IMG/VR virus record: IMGVR_UViG_3300044712_001509
Location: 1,279-65,278 of that record
Source: a virus
Lineage: Duplodnaviria; Caudoviricetes
Length of the DNA stretch: 64,000 nt
Strand: one strand, 5' to 3'
The translations under genes and the position numbers were made by a program. The notes under the pieces were generated by a model, which saw only the letters and a list, made by a program, of their open reading frames with translations, was not told where the DNA came from and did no database searches. Positions 9,301-18,295 of the stretch are shown piece after piece (the stretch's first letter is position 1; the number at the start of each line of letters is the position of its first letter).

Positions 9301-9491
9301 CCACCATCCCCGTCCGGTTCGCGGTCTGCTCCCCCGACGGCGATGTCCGCGAGGAGCTGCGGGAGATCGAGGTCACCACCGACGGCGACCTCCGGTTCCC
9401 GCCGATCGCCGTGCGGCCCGGGGACCGGGTGTACTGGATCACGGCGCTGCCGGGCGTGTTCGGCGGCTTCACCGTGCAGCCGATGGCGTGA
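9297..9491 (+). CDS. Small hypothetical protein
   Basis: GTGA overlap; fills the gap before gpF. Confidence 0.5.
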   Translation: MTTIPVRFAVCSPDGDVREELREIEVTTDGDLRFPPIAVRPGDRVYWITALPGVFGGFTVQPMA

Positions 9492-9497
9492 GGACCG

Positions 9498-10181
9498 ATG
9501 GCCCGCAAGACGCCCGACCGCCCCGCCGCCGACCCCCGCGCCCTCGACGAGGCCGTCCAGTGGTTCCGTGACCGCCTCATCATGGACGACGAGGAGTTCC
9601 AGGTCCTCGAGGACGTCACCCACGACCAGGCCTTCACCCTCGCCGGCGTCGCCCAGCTCGACCTCGTGACCGAGGTCTGGGAGGCGCTCGACCGCGCCGT
9701 CGCCCACGGCGAGACGTTGCGGGACTTCCAGGCGCGGGTCTCCGACCGCCTCGCCGCGGCGTGGGGCATGGAGCGCCCCTGGCGCGTGGAAACGATCTAC
9801 CGGAACAACGTGCAGCGCGCCTACAGCGCCGGCCGGTGGCAGCAGATGAACGAGCCCGCGATCAAGGCGGCGCGCCCCTTCCGCCGCTTCTCCGCGATCC
9901 TCGACCTCCGCACCACCACCCTGTGCCGCGGCCTCGACGGGACGGTCCGCCCGGCCGATGACCCGTGGTGGGACACGCACTGCCCACCTCTCCATCACCA
10001 ATGTCGCAGCGCGGTGGTGACCCTGTCGAAGAGCGAGGCCGGGGACGCGCCGCTGCCGCCGCCGCCCGACATCCCGCCGGCGGAGGGGTTCGGGTCGGCG
10101 CCCGCGCTCGAGGGCTGGGAGCCTGACCTCGGCGAGTACCCCGCCGAGCTCGCGCAGCGGTTCCGGAGGACCGGCACATGA
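9498..10181 (+). CDS. Mu gpF-like head morphogenesis protein
   Basis: AFTLAG, ETIYRNN, DLRTTTLC, PPLHHQCRS. Confidence 0.9.
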   Translation: MARKTPDRPAADPRALDEAVQWFRDRLIMDDEEFQVLEDVTHDQAFTLAGVAQLDLVTEVWEALDRAVAHGETLRDFQARVSDRLAAAWGMERPWRVETIYRNNVQRAYSAGRWQQMNEPAIKAARPFRRFSAILDLRTTTLCRGLDGTVRPADDPWWDTHCPPLHHQCRSAVVTLSKSEAGDAPLPPPPDIPPAEGFGSAPALEGWEPDLGEYPAELAQRFRRTGT

Positions 10182-10510
10182 GCACGACCCAGGAGCAGAC
10201 CGCCGCGGCGAACGCCCGCGGCGAGGGGTTCAAGGCCGACATGGGGAAGCTCGACTGGACGCTCTTCCCCTTCGACGGCGCCGAGGAGATCGTCCGCGTC
10301 CTCGAGGACGGCGCGCGCAAGTACGCCCGCGACAACTGGCGCAAGGTCCCGGAGGCGACGACGCGCTACCGCGCCGCGGCCCTCCGGCACTTGATCGCCG
10401 ACGCGCGCGGCGAGCGCCTCGACCCCGAGACGGGCCGGCCGCACCTCGCGCACGCCGGGTGCTGCCTGCTCTTCGTCCTCGCCCTCGAGCGCGCGGGGCG
10501 CGTGCCATGA
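10178..10510 (+). CDS. dATP/dGTP diphosphohydrolase (DUF5664)
   Basis: KADMGK...GARKYARDNWRK...AALRHL...DPETGRPHLAHAGCCLLF. Confidence 0.85.
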   Translation: MSTTQEQTAAANARGEGFKADMGKLDWTLFPFDGAEEIVRVLEDGARKYARDNWRKVPEATTRYRAAALRHLIADARGERLDPETGRPHLAHAGCCLLFVLALERAGRVP

Positions 10511-10626
10511 GCGCCTTCCTCCAGCCGGATTCGGACTACATCCCCGACGGCGATCCGGACGAGGAGGACCCGGCCCCCGAGGGCGTGCTCGGAGACCTGG
10601 GTCTCCCCGACGGGCGGGGCAACTGA
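10507..10626 (+). CDS. 39-aa acidic micro-ORF
   Basis: ATGA and TGATG couplings at both ends; D/E/P-rich. Confidence 0.45.
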   Translation: MSAFLQPDSDYIPDGDPDEEDPAPEGVLGDLGLPDGRGN

Positions 10627-10934
10627 TGCCGAAGGGCTCACCCCGCGAGCTCGCGCGCCGGCGCCGCTGGAACCACTCGCCGCGCGGCCGCGCCGCGCAA
10701 CGCCGGTATGACCGCAGCGCCCGGGGGCGCGCCCGGGCCAACCGCTACAGCCGCAGCGCCAAGGGAGCGGCGCGGGCAGCGCGCTACGACCGGACCGCGA
10801 AGGCCCGACTCAGGTACCAGCGCTACGAGGCGACCCCGGCCGCGAAGCTCAGGTCCCGGCGCTACCGGGAGTCGGCGCAGGGCCGCGCGACGCGCCAGAA
10901 GACCCGAGCCCGCAAGGGCAGGAGGACCCCGTGA
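10626..10934 (+). CDS. Arg-rich protein with six 13-aa repeats
   Basis: RYDRSARGRARA-type period; coupled to both neighbours. Confidence 0.6.
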   Translation: MPKGSPRELARRRRWNHSPRGRAAQRRYDRSARGRARANRYSRSAKGAARAARYDRTAKARLRYQRYEATPAAKLRSRRYRESAQGRATRQKTRARKGRRTP

Positions 10935-12109
10935 AGCCCGACCCCACGATCGCAACGCTCCTCGAGGAGAACAAGGCGCTGCGCGCCGAGATGCGCAAGC
11001 CGAAGGACGACGCGACCGCCCGGGCGCTGTTCGAGGAGGCGAAGACCCTCCGCGCCAAAGTGAAGGGCCTCGAGCGCGAGCTCGCGCCGCTCAGGGCCGA
11101 CGCGGAGGCTCGCGCGGCGGTGCAGCACGTCGTCACGGAGATGGACGTCCCGCGCTGGGCGGTCGAGCCCTCGACGCGCGCCGGGGAGCACGGCGTCCCG
11201 AGCATCCTCGCGACCGACTGGCACACGGGCGAGACCATCAACGAGCGCCTGATCGGCGGCGTGAACCGCTACAGCCGCGCGATCCAAGAGGAGCGCGTCC
11301 GCCTCCTCGCCGCGAACGGGATCGAGATGCTCACCCGCCACACAACGAACCCCCGGTACCCCGGCCTCGTCCTCGCCGTCGGCGGCGACATGGTCTCCGG
11401 CGGGATCCACGAGGAGCTCGAGGTCACCAACTGGTGCGACATCCGCGACGCCGTCCGCATCACCGCCCGGCTCCTCTGCGGCGTGATCCGGGCGTTCGCT
11501 GAGAAGGTGACGCCCAACATCCTCGTCCCGATGGTCACCGGGAACCACGGGCGCCTGACGAAGTTCACGCAGCACAAGCGCCGCGTCGGGACGAGCGCCG
11601 ATGCGATGGTCTACGACTCGGTCGCGGAGTACTTCCACCGGGACCGCTCGATCACCGTCGCCATCGCCGAGGGCGTCTCGTTGCGCTATCGGATCTTCGA
11701 TCACCGCTACCTGCTCCTCCACGGCGACAAGGACTCGATCGGCCAGAAGGGCGGGGACGGGATCATCGGCGCGATCGGGCCGCTCATGCGCGGCAAGAAG
11801 AATCTGCGCGCCCGCAACGCCGAGATCGGGCAGGACTTCGACACGCTGATCACGGGGCACTGGCACACCCGGTATCCGATCCCGGGGCTCATCGTCGGCC
11901 AGGCGCTCAAGGGGTACGACGAGCTGGCATGGGGGTGGGGGTTCCCCTTCGGCGAACCGACGCAGGAACTCTGGTTCACGCACCCCGACCGCGGGGTGAC
12001 GAGCCACCACCCGATCTACCTCGAGCCGAAGCGCGCCCGGAAGAAGGGCGAGCCCTGGGCGACCATCGACCCGCGCGGCGTTTCCACCCGCGGCGAGGAG
12101 GCCGCCTAG
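10931..12109 (+). CDS. Calcineurin-like metallophosphoesterase with N-terminal coiled coil
   Basis: TDWHTGE, GGDMVSG, GNHG, LLHGD, GHWH. Confidence 0.85.
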   Translation: MKPDPTIATLLEENKALRAEMRKPKDDATARALFEEAKTLRAKVKGLERELAPLRADAEARAAVQHVVTEMDVPRWAVEPSTRAGEHGVPSILATDWHTGETINERLIGGVNRYSRAIQEERVRLLAANGIEMLTRHTTNPRYPGLVLAVGGDMVSGGIHEELEVTNWCDIRDAVRITARLLCGVIRAFAEKVTPNILVPMVTGNHGRLTKFTQHKRRVGTSADAMVYDSVAEYFHRDRSITVAIAEGVSLRYRIFDHRYLLLHGDKDSIGQKGGDGIIGAIGPLMRGKKNLRARNAEIGQDFDTLITGHWHTRYPIPGLIVGQALKGYDELAWGWGFPFGEPTQELWFTHPDRGVTSHHPIYLEPKRARKKGEPWATIDPRGVSTRGEEAA

Positions 12110-12408
12110 CACGCGCCTGCGCGGGCGAGCGCGGCCATCAGCGGCGCGTACAGGTGGGCGGGGAGGAGGTTCCCCTCTCCGTCCCGCTTCTGGATCTCGC
12201 GGACGAGCGCCGCCGCCGCGGAGGCGATGGCGGGCGCCTCGGAGATCAGCGCGGCGTTCGCGGCCCTCTCCTCGCTGGACGTGTCGCCGAACGAGAGGTC
12301 CGCGATCTCCCGGTACCCGCCGCGAGGGCTCGACACGACCACGCGCACCTCCTCGCCGTTGTGCCGCGGCTCCCACTTCCCCGCCGTCCACCTCGTCTCG
12401 TTCGTCAT
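12106..12408 (-). CDS. Hypothetical phage protein (TxGxW...ANAxLI family)
   Basis: WTAGKW...AANAALISEAP; GGAG RBS. Confidence 0.7.
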   Translation of the reverse strand: MTNETRWTAGKWEPRHNGEEVRVVVSSPRGGYREIADLSFGDTSSEERAANAALISEAPAIASAAAALVREIQKRDGEGNLLPAHLYAPLMAALARAGAC

Positions 12409-12421
12409 GGCGGGCTCCATG

Positions 12422-13039
12422 CTACGCGGTGGCGGGGCGCATCGGGAAGGAGGCGGGGACCACGAGCGGCGCGGACTCCTGCGTCTCCCGCTCGATCACG
12501 TACCGGACGAAGTTGCGGGCGCGGTCCGCGTAGTCGAGGGCGGGGGCGGCGGGCCGCTTGTGGCAGCCGGTGCGGGAGCCGTCGCACTCGGAGACGCGGC
12601 GACCGCAGGCGCAGAACGGCTCGCCCGAGTGCTCGGCGGCGTCGACCGGGTCCGCGGAGGGGAGCGGCGCCTCGGCGCACTCCGGCGCGGCGGCGCGGCG
12701 CTCCTGCTCCTCGCGCTCCACCTCCCACGCGCGGCGGGACTCGAAGTCCTCGTCCTTGAAGAGCCCGAGGGCGCGGGAGACCATCACCTCGCGGGCCTCG
12801 GGGGAGACGCTCTCGCCCTGGAAGTGGACGGAGCGGGAGAGGCCGAGGAGGTCGGCGAGTTCGCGGCACTCGGCGGGGGTCATGTAGCCGTCGGGGCCGA
12901 GGCGGGCCGCGGGGCTGGCGATGGTGAACCAGCCGTAGGCGGTACCGGTGTGCCCGTAGACCCGCCACGCCTTCCCGGACCGCGCCTTGAGAGCCTGCCG
13001 GATCGCCTTCGTCGCCTCGTTCCGGTTCATGTAGGCCAT
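12422..13039 (-). CDS. Hypothetical protein, first gene of a leftward accessory operon
   Basis: RBS and promoter upstream; RNEATKAIRQALK...GTAYGW; CACG..CDGS..GC. Confidence 0.7.
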   Translation of the reverse strand: MAYMNRNEATKAIRQALKARSGKAWRVYGHTGTAYGWFTIASPAARLGPDGYMTPAECRELADLLGLSRSVHFQGESVSPEAREVMVSRALGLFKDEDFESRRAWEVEREEQERRAAAPECAEAPLPSADPVDAAEHSGEPFCACGRRVSECDGSRTGCHKRPAAPALDYADRARNFVRYVIERETQESAPLVVPASFPMRPATA

Positions 13040-13062
13040 CGCTCTTCCCCTCGTTGGCGTCC

Positions 13063-13118
13063 GGCTCCATGCCGTCCGTCGATGATTAGAAGGTACGTCA
13101 ACACGCGGCGCACGTCAA
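13063..13118 (-). promoter_or_regulatory. Sigma70-like promoter plus conserved 24-nt leader
   Basis: Minus strand TTGACG-N17-TACCTT, then ATCATCGACGGACGGCATGGAGCC, identical to 47234-47257. Confidence 0.75.
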
Positions 13119-13193
13119 CAGACGGCGCATATCCCAGATGGGTACGCTGCGACGCCTATTGACGCCGACAACAGACGGCGGTAATGGTGAGCC

Positions 13194-13436
13194 ATGCCCA
13201 AGAAGGCGAAGGCCCCCCGAGGGGACTACAGGCAGGCGATCCGGGCGATGAGGCTGCTTCGGGAGGCGCCCCGGCGCCCCGGGGACCTCGCCGAGGCGCT
13301 GGGGTGCTCGCGGCGGACCGCGGAACGGTTCCTGCGGGTGCTGGAGGACGAGGGGGAGCCGCTCGAGCGAGAGGAGCGGGGCCGGGAGGCCTGGTACTCG
13401 CTCCCGGAGGCCCGCCGCGCGAAGGCGGGGAGGTGA
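13194..13436 (+). CDS. Winged-HTH (HTH_11-like) regulator
   Basis: DLAEALGCSRRTAERFLRVLEDEGEPLE...WYSL; TTGACG at 13159. Confidence 0.75.
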   Translation: MPKKAKAPRGDYRQAIRAMRLLREAPRRPGDLAEALGCSRRTAERFLRVLEDEGEPLEREERGREAWYSLPEARRAKAGR

Positions 13437-13439
13437 CCC

Positions 13440-13661
13440 GTGGCCGCCGTCTGCCCGTTCTGCAGCATCGCGCACGACCATCCGCCCGGGGTGACGGCCC
13501 ACATGGCGTGCATCATGGCGGTGAGCGCCCGGGTCGCGCTCCACGGCGAGCTCATCCCGAAGATCGCCGCCGACCTCGGGATGACGGCCGATCACTTCAA
13601 CGGTCTGGTGAACGAGGCCTACGCGCGGATCCTCGAGGTCCGCGAAAAGCGGGGAGAGTGA
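13440..13661 (+). CDS. Hypothetical protein
   Basis: GGAGGT RBS; CPFC...H. Confidence 0.6.
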   Translation: MAAVCPFCSIAHDHPPGVTAHMACIMAVSARVALHGELIPKIAADLGMTADHFNGLVNEAYARILEVREKRGE

Positions 13662-13663
13662 CC

Positions 13664-13933
13664 ATGGCCGAGTACGAGTGGATCCGCAACCTGCCGCCCC
13701 TGCGCGAGTGGATCGGACTGGCCTTCGCGGTCGCCGCCCCCGAGCCGCAGCGGTTCCGCGTCTTCTCCCGGCGCGACGAGCACGGGCGGACGGTGATCGA
13801 ACTCCACGTCCCTGCCGGCGAGTCGCTGGAGCAGGTCGCGGCCAGCGCGGCGATGGCGGTCGCCATGGAGCGGGACGGGTTCGGGATCGGCGAGGGCGCC
13901 CGCGCGCTCGTTCGCCGGATCCTCGGGGGGTGA
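13664..13933 (+). CDS. Hypothetical protein
   Basis: GGAG RBS; operonic spacing. Confidence 0.6.
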   Translation: MAEYEWIRNLPPLREWIGLAFAVAAPEPQRFRVFSRRDEHGRTVIELHVPAGESLEQVAASAAMAVAMERDGFGIGEGARALVRRILGG

Positions 13934-13935
13934 CC

Positions 13936-14898
13936 ATGGTCACGATGGCGCAGATCGACGAGGCGCGGGGAAGGGCGAACGAAGCGCTGGAGGCGTACCG
14001 GGCCGCTCTCCGCGCCGCGGCGGCCGAGTGGTCGTGGCCGAGGGAGGCGGGCCGCATCGCTTCCGAGCAGCGCCTCGCGGAAGCCCGCGCGGAGGTCGAG
14101 ACGCTCCTCGCCGCCTGGTGGGCGCAGGGGTGCCGGGAGGCGTTCGTGCCCTACGACCAGACGATCAGGGTGGCGCTGCGCGAGCCGGTGGAGTTCGGCG
14201 ACCTCGTCACGGTGGATGGGCGCCGCGCCGCGGGACCGCTCCGGGAGGACGGGACCGTCCGGACGCATGACCCGCGCTGCGCCCGGTACCCAGTGCACGC
14301 CCCGCCGTGCCGCGACGCGGCGGGAGCCGACCTCCCGGGAGCGCCGGTGGAGCGAACCGAGGTCCAGACCTGGGGCGATGAAGAGGCGTGGAAGCCGGCG
14401 AGCGGCGAGGCCTTGGACCGGATCGCCCTGGACCTCGGCGTGCGCCGGCGGGGCTGGCGCTGGCTGCCCGCCTGGCTCCGGCGGTGGCTGGAGCCCGACC
14501 AGAAGTTCCGCCGCCGCGTGATGGACGTCTTCCGCAAGGGGGGCAGCGTGATGCCGACCATCGACCCGAAGACGATCGCCAAGGCCGAGGCGAGGGCGCT
14601 CTTTGTTGCGACGCTCGCGATCTCGCGCGAGGCGGGGACGTTCGTCCGCATGAAGGCCGACGCCCGCACGCTCCAAGCCCTGCAGGCAATGGGTCGCGCG
14701 AGACTGGCCGAGCACGCGCGCACGTTCGACCCGATCGACCCGCCGCGCTGGGAGGACGACCTCGACTTCGAGGTGCTGGGCCCGGAGAAGCGCGACCCGC
14801 TGCTCGCGCAGGATCACAGCTACGTGCTGAACCTCGTCCCGATGACCCCGCGCGGCGAGGCGCTGCTCGCCGCGATCAACCCGCTGGGGGCACGATGA
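13936..14898 (+). CDS. Hypothetical, apparently composite protein
   Basis: RBS; second internal RBS and ATG at 14551. Confidence 0.55.
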   Translation: MVTMAQIDEARGRANEALEAYRAALRAAAAEWSWPREAGRIASEQRLAEARAEVETLLAAWWAQGCREAFVPYDQTIRVALREPVEFGDLVTVDGRRAAGPLREDGTVRTHDPRCARYPVHAPPCRDAAGADLPGAPVERTEVQTWGDEEAWKPASGEALDRIALDLGVRRRGWRWLPAWLRRWLEPDQKFRRRVMDVFRKGGSVMPTIDPKTIAKAEARALFVATLAISREAGTFVRMKADARTLQALQAMGRARLAEHARTFDPIDPPRWEDDLDFEVLGPEKRDPLLAQDHSYVLNLVPMTPRGEALLAAINPLGAR

Positions 14899-15404
14899 TC
14901 GACCCGAAGAAGATCGAGGAGTGGGACCGGCTCGCGAAGGCGGCCTCGCCCGGCCCCTGGGAGGCGGGAGACGGATACGAGCAGGAAGACGGCGCCTGGT
15001 GGGTGGCGGACGCGAACGGGCTGATGGTCGCATGCCCCGACCAGGGCCCCGAGGAGAATGACGCCCGCTTCATTGCCGCCGCCCGCGTGGCGGTCCCCGC
15101 CCTCCTCGACGAGGTGGAGCGCCTGCGCGGCGCCGCCGCCGCCGAGGAGGCCGAGGTGGTCCGGCTCGCCGAGCTCGCCCAGGTCCGCCAGGGCGAGCTC
15201 GACCTCGCCCGGTCCGCGCTCTCCGCCATGGGCACCGAGGTCCAGACCCTCCGGTGGGAGGCCAGGCAGGCGCGCCGCCTCGCCGCGGTCCTCCTGCAGC
15301 GCCTCGGGGGCGAGGTGTCGATCTCCCTCGACGAGGCCCGCGCCGCCGAGGCCCTGGAGCTGCACCAGGACGGCGACCGGGTGTCGGTGAGGGCCGCCAA
15401 GTGA
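14895..15404 (+). CDS. Ead/Ea22-like protein
   Basis: LAKAASPGPW...DARFIAAA...PALLDEVERLR. Confidence 0.7.
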   Translation: MIDPKKIEEWDRLAKAASPGPWEAGDGYEQEDGAWWVADANGLMVACPDQGPEENDARFIAAARVAVPALLDEVERLRGAAAAEEAEVVRLAELAQVRQGELDLARSALSAMGTEVQTLRWEARQARRLAAVLLQRLGGEVSISLDEARAAEALELHQDGDRVSVRAAK

Positions 15405-15443
15405 GCGGGGGCGGGCGTCAGGCGTGACGGGTAGTATGGGGCC

Positions 15444-15593
15444 GTGGTCGCAAGGCTCCTGATCTACGCCCTCACGGAACCGGACACGGGGTCGGTCCGC
15501 TACGGTGCTCTCGGATTGGGCATGGGGACGGTCAGCCGGGTCGTGAGCGGGGAGCGGCCGGCCGCGAAGGGCCACCGTTTCGTCCGCGTCTAG
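15444..15593 (+). pseudogene. Internally deleted GIY-YIG/NUMOD1 homing endonuclease remnant
   Basis: IYALTEPDTGSVRY joined directly to ALGLGMGTVSRVVSGERPAAKGHRF. Confidence 0.55.
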
Positions 15594-15613
15594 GCGGTTC
15601 CCGGCGGTCCCTC

Positions 15614-15648
15614 TTGCGCTCGTCCGGCGGGCGTGCCAACCGCCGGTG
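15614..15648 (+). promoter_or_regulatory. Putative late promoter, copy 2
   Basis: TTGCGC-N12-CGTGCCAACCGC-N4-GTG. Confidence 0.7.
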
Positions 15649-16766
15649 TGAGCGGATCCCGCGTCGACGTCGACACCCGCATCGCCTGCCTCTCCGCGTC
15701 CCCGCTCGAGGAGCGACCGGATGTCGCGATGCTCGCGCACCCCGTCGCCCTCCTCGCCGAGGGCGCGACGGAGGCGCCGAAGGAGCTCCGCCTGTTCGCG
15801 GCAGGGCTCATCGAGACGACGAAGGGCATCTTCAAGTTCGACGATGACTCGGGCGCCAGCGTTCTCCGGTGCTGGGCGGACGTCGCGCACGACTACCCGT
15901 TCGACTACGAGCACGCCTCCGCCTTCGCGATGTTCGCGCCGGACCCCGCCGAGGCAGGCAAGGCCGCCGGGTGGTTCAAGCCCGCGATCCGCAACGGCGA
16001 GTGCTGGGCGACCGAGATCGAGTGGACCCCCAAGGCGCGCGAGAAGATCCTCGCCAAGGAGTTCCGCTACACGTCGCCGACCTTCCGGCACGACGACGAG
16101 GGCCGCGTGCTCGAGCTGTACGCCTGCGCCCTCACGAACATCCCCGCCACCAAGGGCGCGAAGCCCGTCATCAACAGCCGCGGCGAGCCCGCGGCGAAGG
16201 AGCCGACCATGCTGAAGCTGCTCGCCGCCCGCCTGGGCCTGCCCGGTACCGCCACCGAGGACGAGATCATCGCCGCCCTCTCTCGCCACCAGGACGAGTC
16301 CAAGGCGACCGCGTCCGCCCTCGCCGGCCTCATCGCGCTGTCGGGCAAGCCCACCGCGAACGAGGCCTCCGGCGTGTTCCAGGCGTGGAAGTCCGGCGCG
16401 GAGCAGGTCCCCGCCCTCTCCGCCAAGGTGACCGACCTCTCCGGTCGGCTCGACGAGGTCGAGAAGGCCAAGGCCGCGGTCGAGATCGACACGATCGTCA
16501 AGGCCGCGATGGCGGCCGGCAAGATCGCCCCGGCGAGCGAGAAGCTGGCCCGCGAGATGGGCGCGAAGGACCTCGCGATGCTCAAGGCGTGGGTCGAGAC
16601 GCTCCCCGTCATCGTCACCCCGGCCGCCGGCGCCGCCGCGCCGCCCCCGGGCGCCCCGCCCCCGGTGGTCCAGCTCACCGCCGACCAGGCCAAGATCGCG
16701 GCGACCCTGGGCGTGAAGCCCGAGGACGTCCTCAAGCACATGCCGGGCGCCGCGCCGGCGAAGTGA
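15648..16766 (+). CDS. Mu gpI-like prohead protease/scaffold
   Basis: PFDYEH, AAGW, EWTP, FRYTSPTF, ALTNIPA; start uncertain (15633/15648/15729). Confidence 0.9.
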   Translation: MSGSRVDVDTRIACLSASPLEERPDVAMLAHPVALLAEGATEAPKELRLFAAGLIETTKGIFKFDDDSGASVLRCWADVAHDYPFDYEHASAFAMFAPDPAEAGKAAGWFKPAIRNGECWATEIEWTPKAREKILAKEFRYTSPTFRHDDEGRVLELYACALTNIPATKGAKPVINSRGEPAAKEPTMLKLLAARLGLPGTATEDEIIAALSRHQDESKATASALAGLIALSGKPTANEASGVFQAWKSGAEQVPALSAKVTDLSGRLDEVEKAKAAVEIDTIVKAAMAAGKIAPASEKLAREMGAKDLAMLKAWVETLPVIVTPAAGAAAPPPGAPPPVVQLTADQAKIAATLGVKPEDVLKHMPGAAPAK

Positions 16767-16794
16767 TCCACCCCTCGTCGAAGGAGAACCATCC

Positions 16795-17232
16795 ATGGCC
16801 GCCCTCTCTGCAGCCCGCAACACCGTCCGCCGGGGCGATCACGCCTACGGCGCCCTCGTCGAGTTCAAGGTCGCGACGAACACCACCATCTATCAGGGCG
16901 GCATGGTCGCCCTGAACTCCAGCGGCTACGCGAAGGCCGCGGCCGCCGGGGACAACATCGTCGTCGGGGTCGCGACCGAGACCGTCGCCAACACCGGCGC
17001 GGACGGCGCGGTCAGCATCATGGTCCGCCGCGGCGCCTTCTGGCTCGCCAACAAGGGCACCGACCTCGTCACCCAGGCCGACATCGCGGTGAAGGCGGCC
17101 GCGGGTCTGCCCGCGGGCCCCTGCTACGTCGAGGACGACCAGACCGTCCGTCACACCTCGACGTCGTCCATCCTCGCCGGTCGCGCGCTCGCCGTGGACA
17201 GCACCCTCGGCGTCCTCGTGGAGATCGTCTAG
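16795..17232 (+). CDS. Capsid decoration/cement protein
   Basis: TIYQGGMVAL, CYVEDDQTV; between protease and capsid. Confidence 0.75.
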   Translation: MAALSAARNTVRRGDHAYGALVEFKVATNTTIYQGGMVALNSSGYAKAAAAGDNIVVGVATETVANTGADGAVSIMVRRGAFWLANKGTDLVTQADIAVKAAAGLPAGPCYVEDDQTVRHTSTSSILAGRALAVDSTLGVLVEIV

Positions 17233-17261
17233 CGCGCCCGCGCTGACGCAAGGAGAACGTC

Positions 17262-18197
17262 ATGCTGATCACGCCCGCCAACCTCGCCTTCGCCTTCTAC
17301 GGCATGAAGCAGCTCTTCCAGGCTGCCATGGCCGAGTCCCCCGTCCACTGGCCCGACCTCGCCACCGAGATCAAGTCGGAGACGGAGGAGGAGTTCTACC
17401 CCTGGCTCAAGCGGATCCCCGAGCTCCGCGAGTGGATCGGGGAGCGCCAGGTCAACAACCTGTCCGCGAACGTCCAGCGCCTCAAGAACCGGCTTTTCGA
17501 GGACACCTTCGGCGTCAAGCGCACGAAGTTCGAGGACGACAAGTACGGCATCTTCACCGGCCCCGCGGTGAGCGAGCTCGGCCGCGCCGCGAAGCTCTGG
17601 CCCGACAAGATCCTCGCCGAGGCGATCATCGCCGGCGGGACCGCGCTCGCCCACGACGGCCAGGCCTACTTCTCCGCGTCGCACCCGGTCAACCCGGACG
17701 ACGCGAGCCTCGGCACCCAGGCGAACCTCCAGACCTCGAAGGCCCTCTCCTTCGAGAACCTCCGCCTGGTCCGCGCCGCCGGCCGCAACTTCAAGGCTGA
17801 GAACGGCGTGCCGATGGAACTCGTCCACGACACGCTCATCGTGCCGCCGGCGCTCGAGACCGTCGCCGAGCAGCTCTGCAACACGAAGCAGATCGCCCCC
17901 GGCGCGACGTTCGGCGCGGGTTCGACCTACACCCAGGAGAACCCGTTCTACGGGAAGCTGAAGTACAAGGTCTTCCCCCGCCTCACCGCCGACAGCGAGA
18001 CCTCCTGGTACCTCGCCTGCACGAACCGCGCGGTGAAGCCGTTCGTCTTCCAGAACCGCGAGGCCGCCGAGTTCTCGTGGCTCAACAAGCCGGACGACGA
18101 GAACGTGTTCATGCGGGACGAGTACCTCTACGGCGTCCGCGCCCGCGGCGCTGCCGGGTACGGCCCGTACTTCCTCTGCATCAAGTGCACGGCGTAG
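17262..18197 (+). CDS. Mu gpT-like major capsid protein
   Basis: YPWL..IPELREWIGER, DGQAYFSASHPV, LIVPPALE, KPFVFQ, YGVRAR. Confidence 0.95.
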   Translation: MLITPANLAFAFYGMKQLFQAAMAESPVHWPDLATEIKSETEEEFYPWLKRIPELREWIGERQVNNLSANVQRLKNRLFEDTFGVKRTKFEDDKYGIFTGPAVSELGRAAKLWPDKILAEAIIAGGTALAHDGQAYFSASHPVNPDDASLGTQANLQTSKALSFENLRLVRAAGRNFKAENGVPMELVHDTLIVPPALETVAEQLCNTKQIAPGATFGAGSTYTQENPFYGKLKYKVFPRLTADSETSWYLACTNRAVKPFVFQNREAAEFSWLNKPDDENVFMRDEYLYGVRARGAAGYGPYFLCIKCTA

Positions 18198-18222
18198 TCG
18201 CCGCCGCCTGACGCACCCATCG

Positions 18223-18255
18223 GCGCCGGGCGGTTCCTCGTGAGCCGCCCGGCGC
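18223..18255 (+). terminator. GC-rich hairpin after the capsid gene (stabiliser or attenuator; no U tract)
   Basis: GCGCCGGGCGGTTC / GAGCCGCCCGGCGC inverted repeat. Confidence 0.4.
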
Positions 18256-18295
18256 TCGCCCCTCGCCGCCCCTCAACGTGAAGGAGATGGACCCC

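Noticed and set aside
10178-10510. Z-genome (2-aminoadenine) pathway
   Set aside because: DUF5664 alone is insufficient; no PurZ or phage DNA polymerase in the window.
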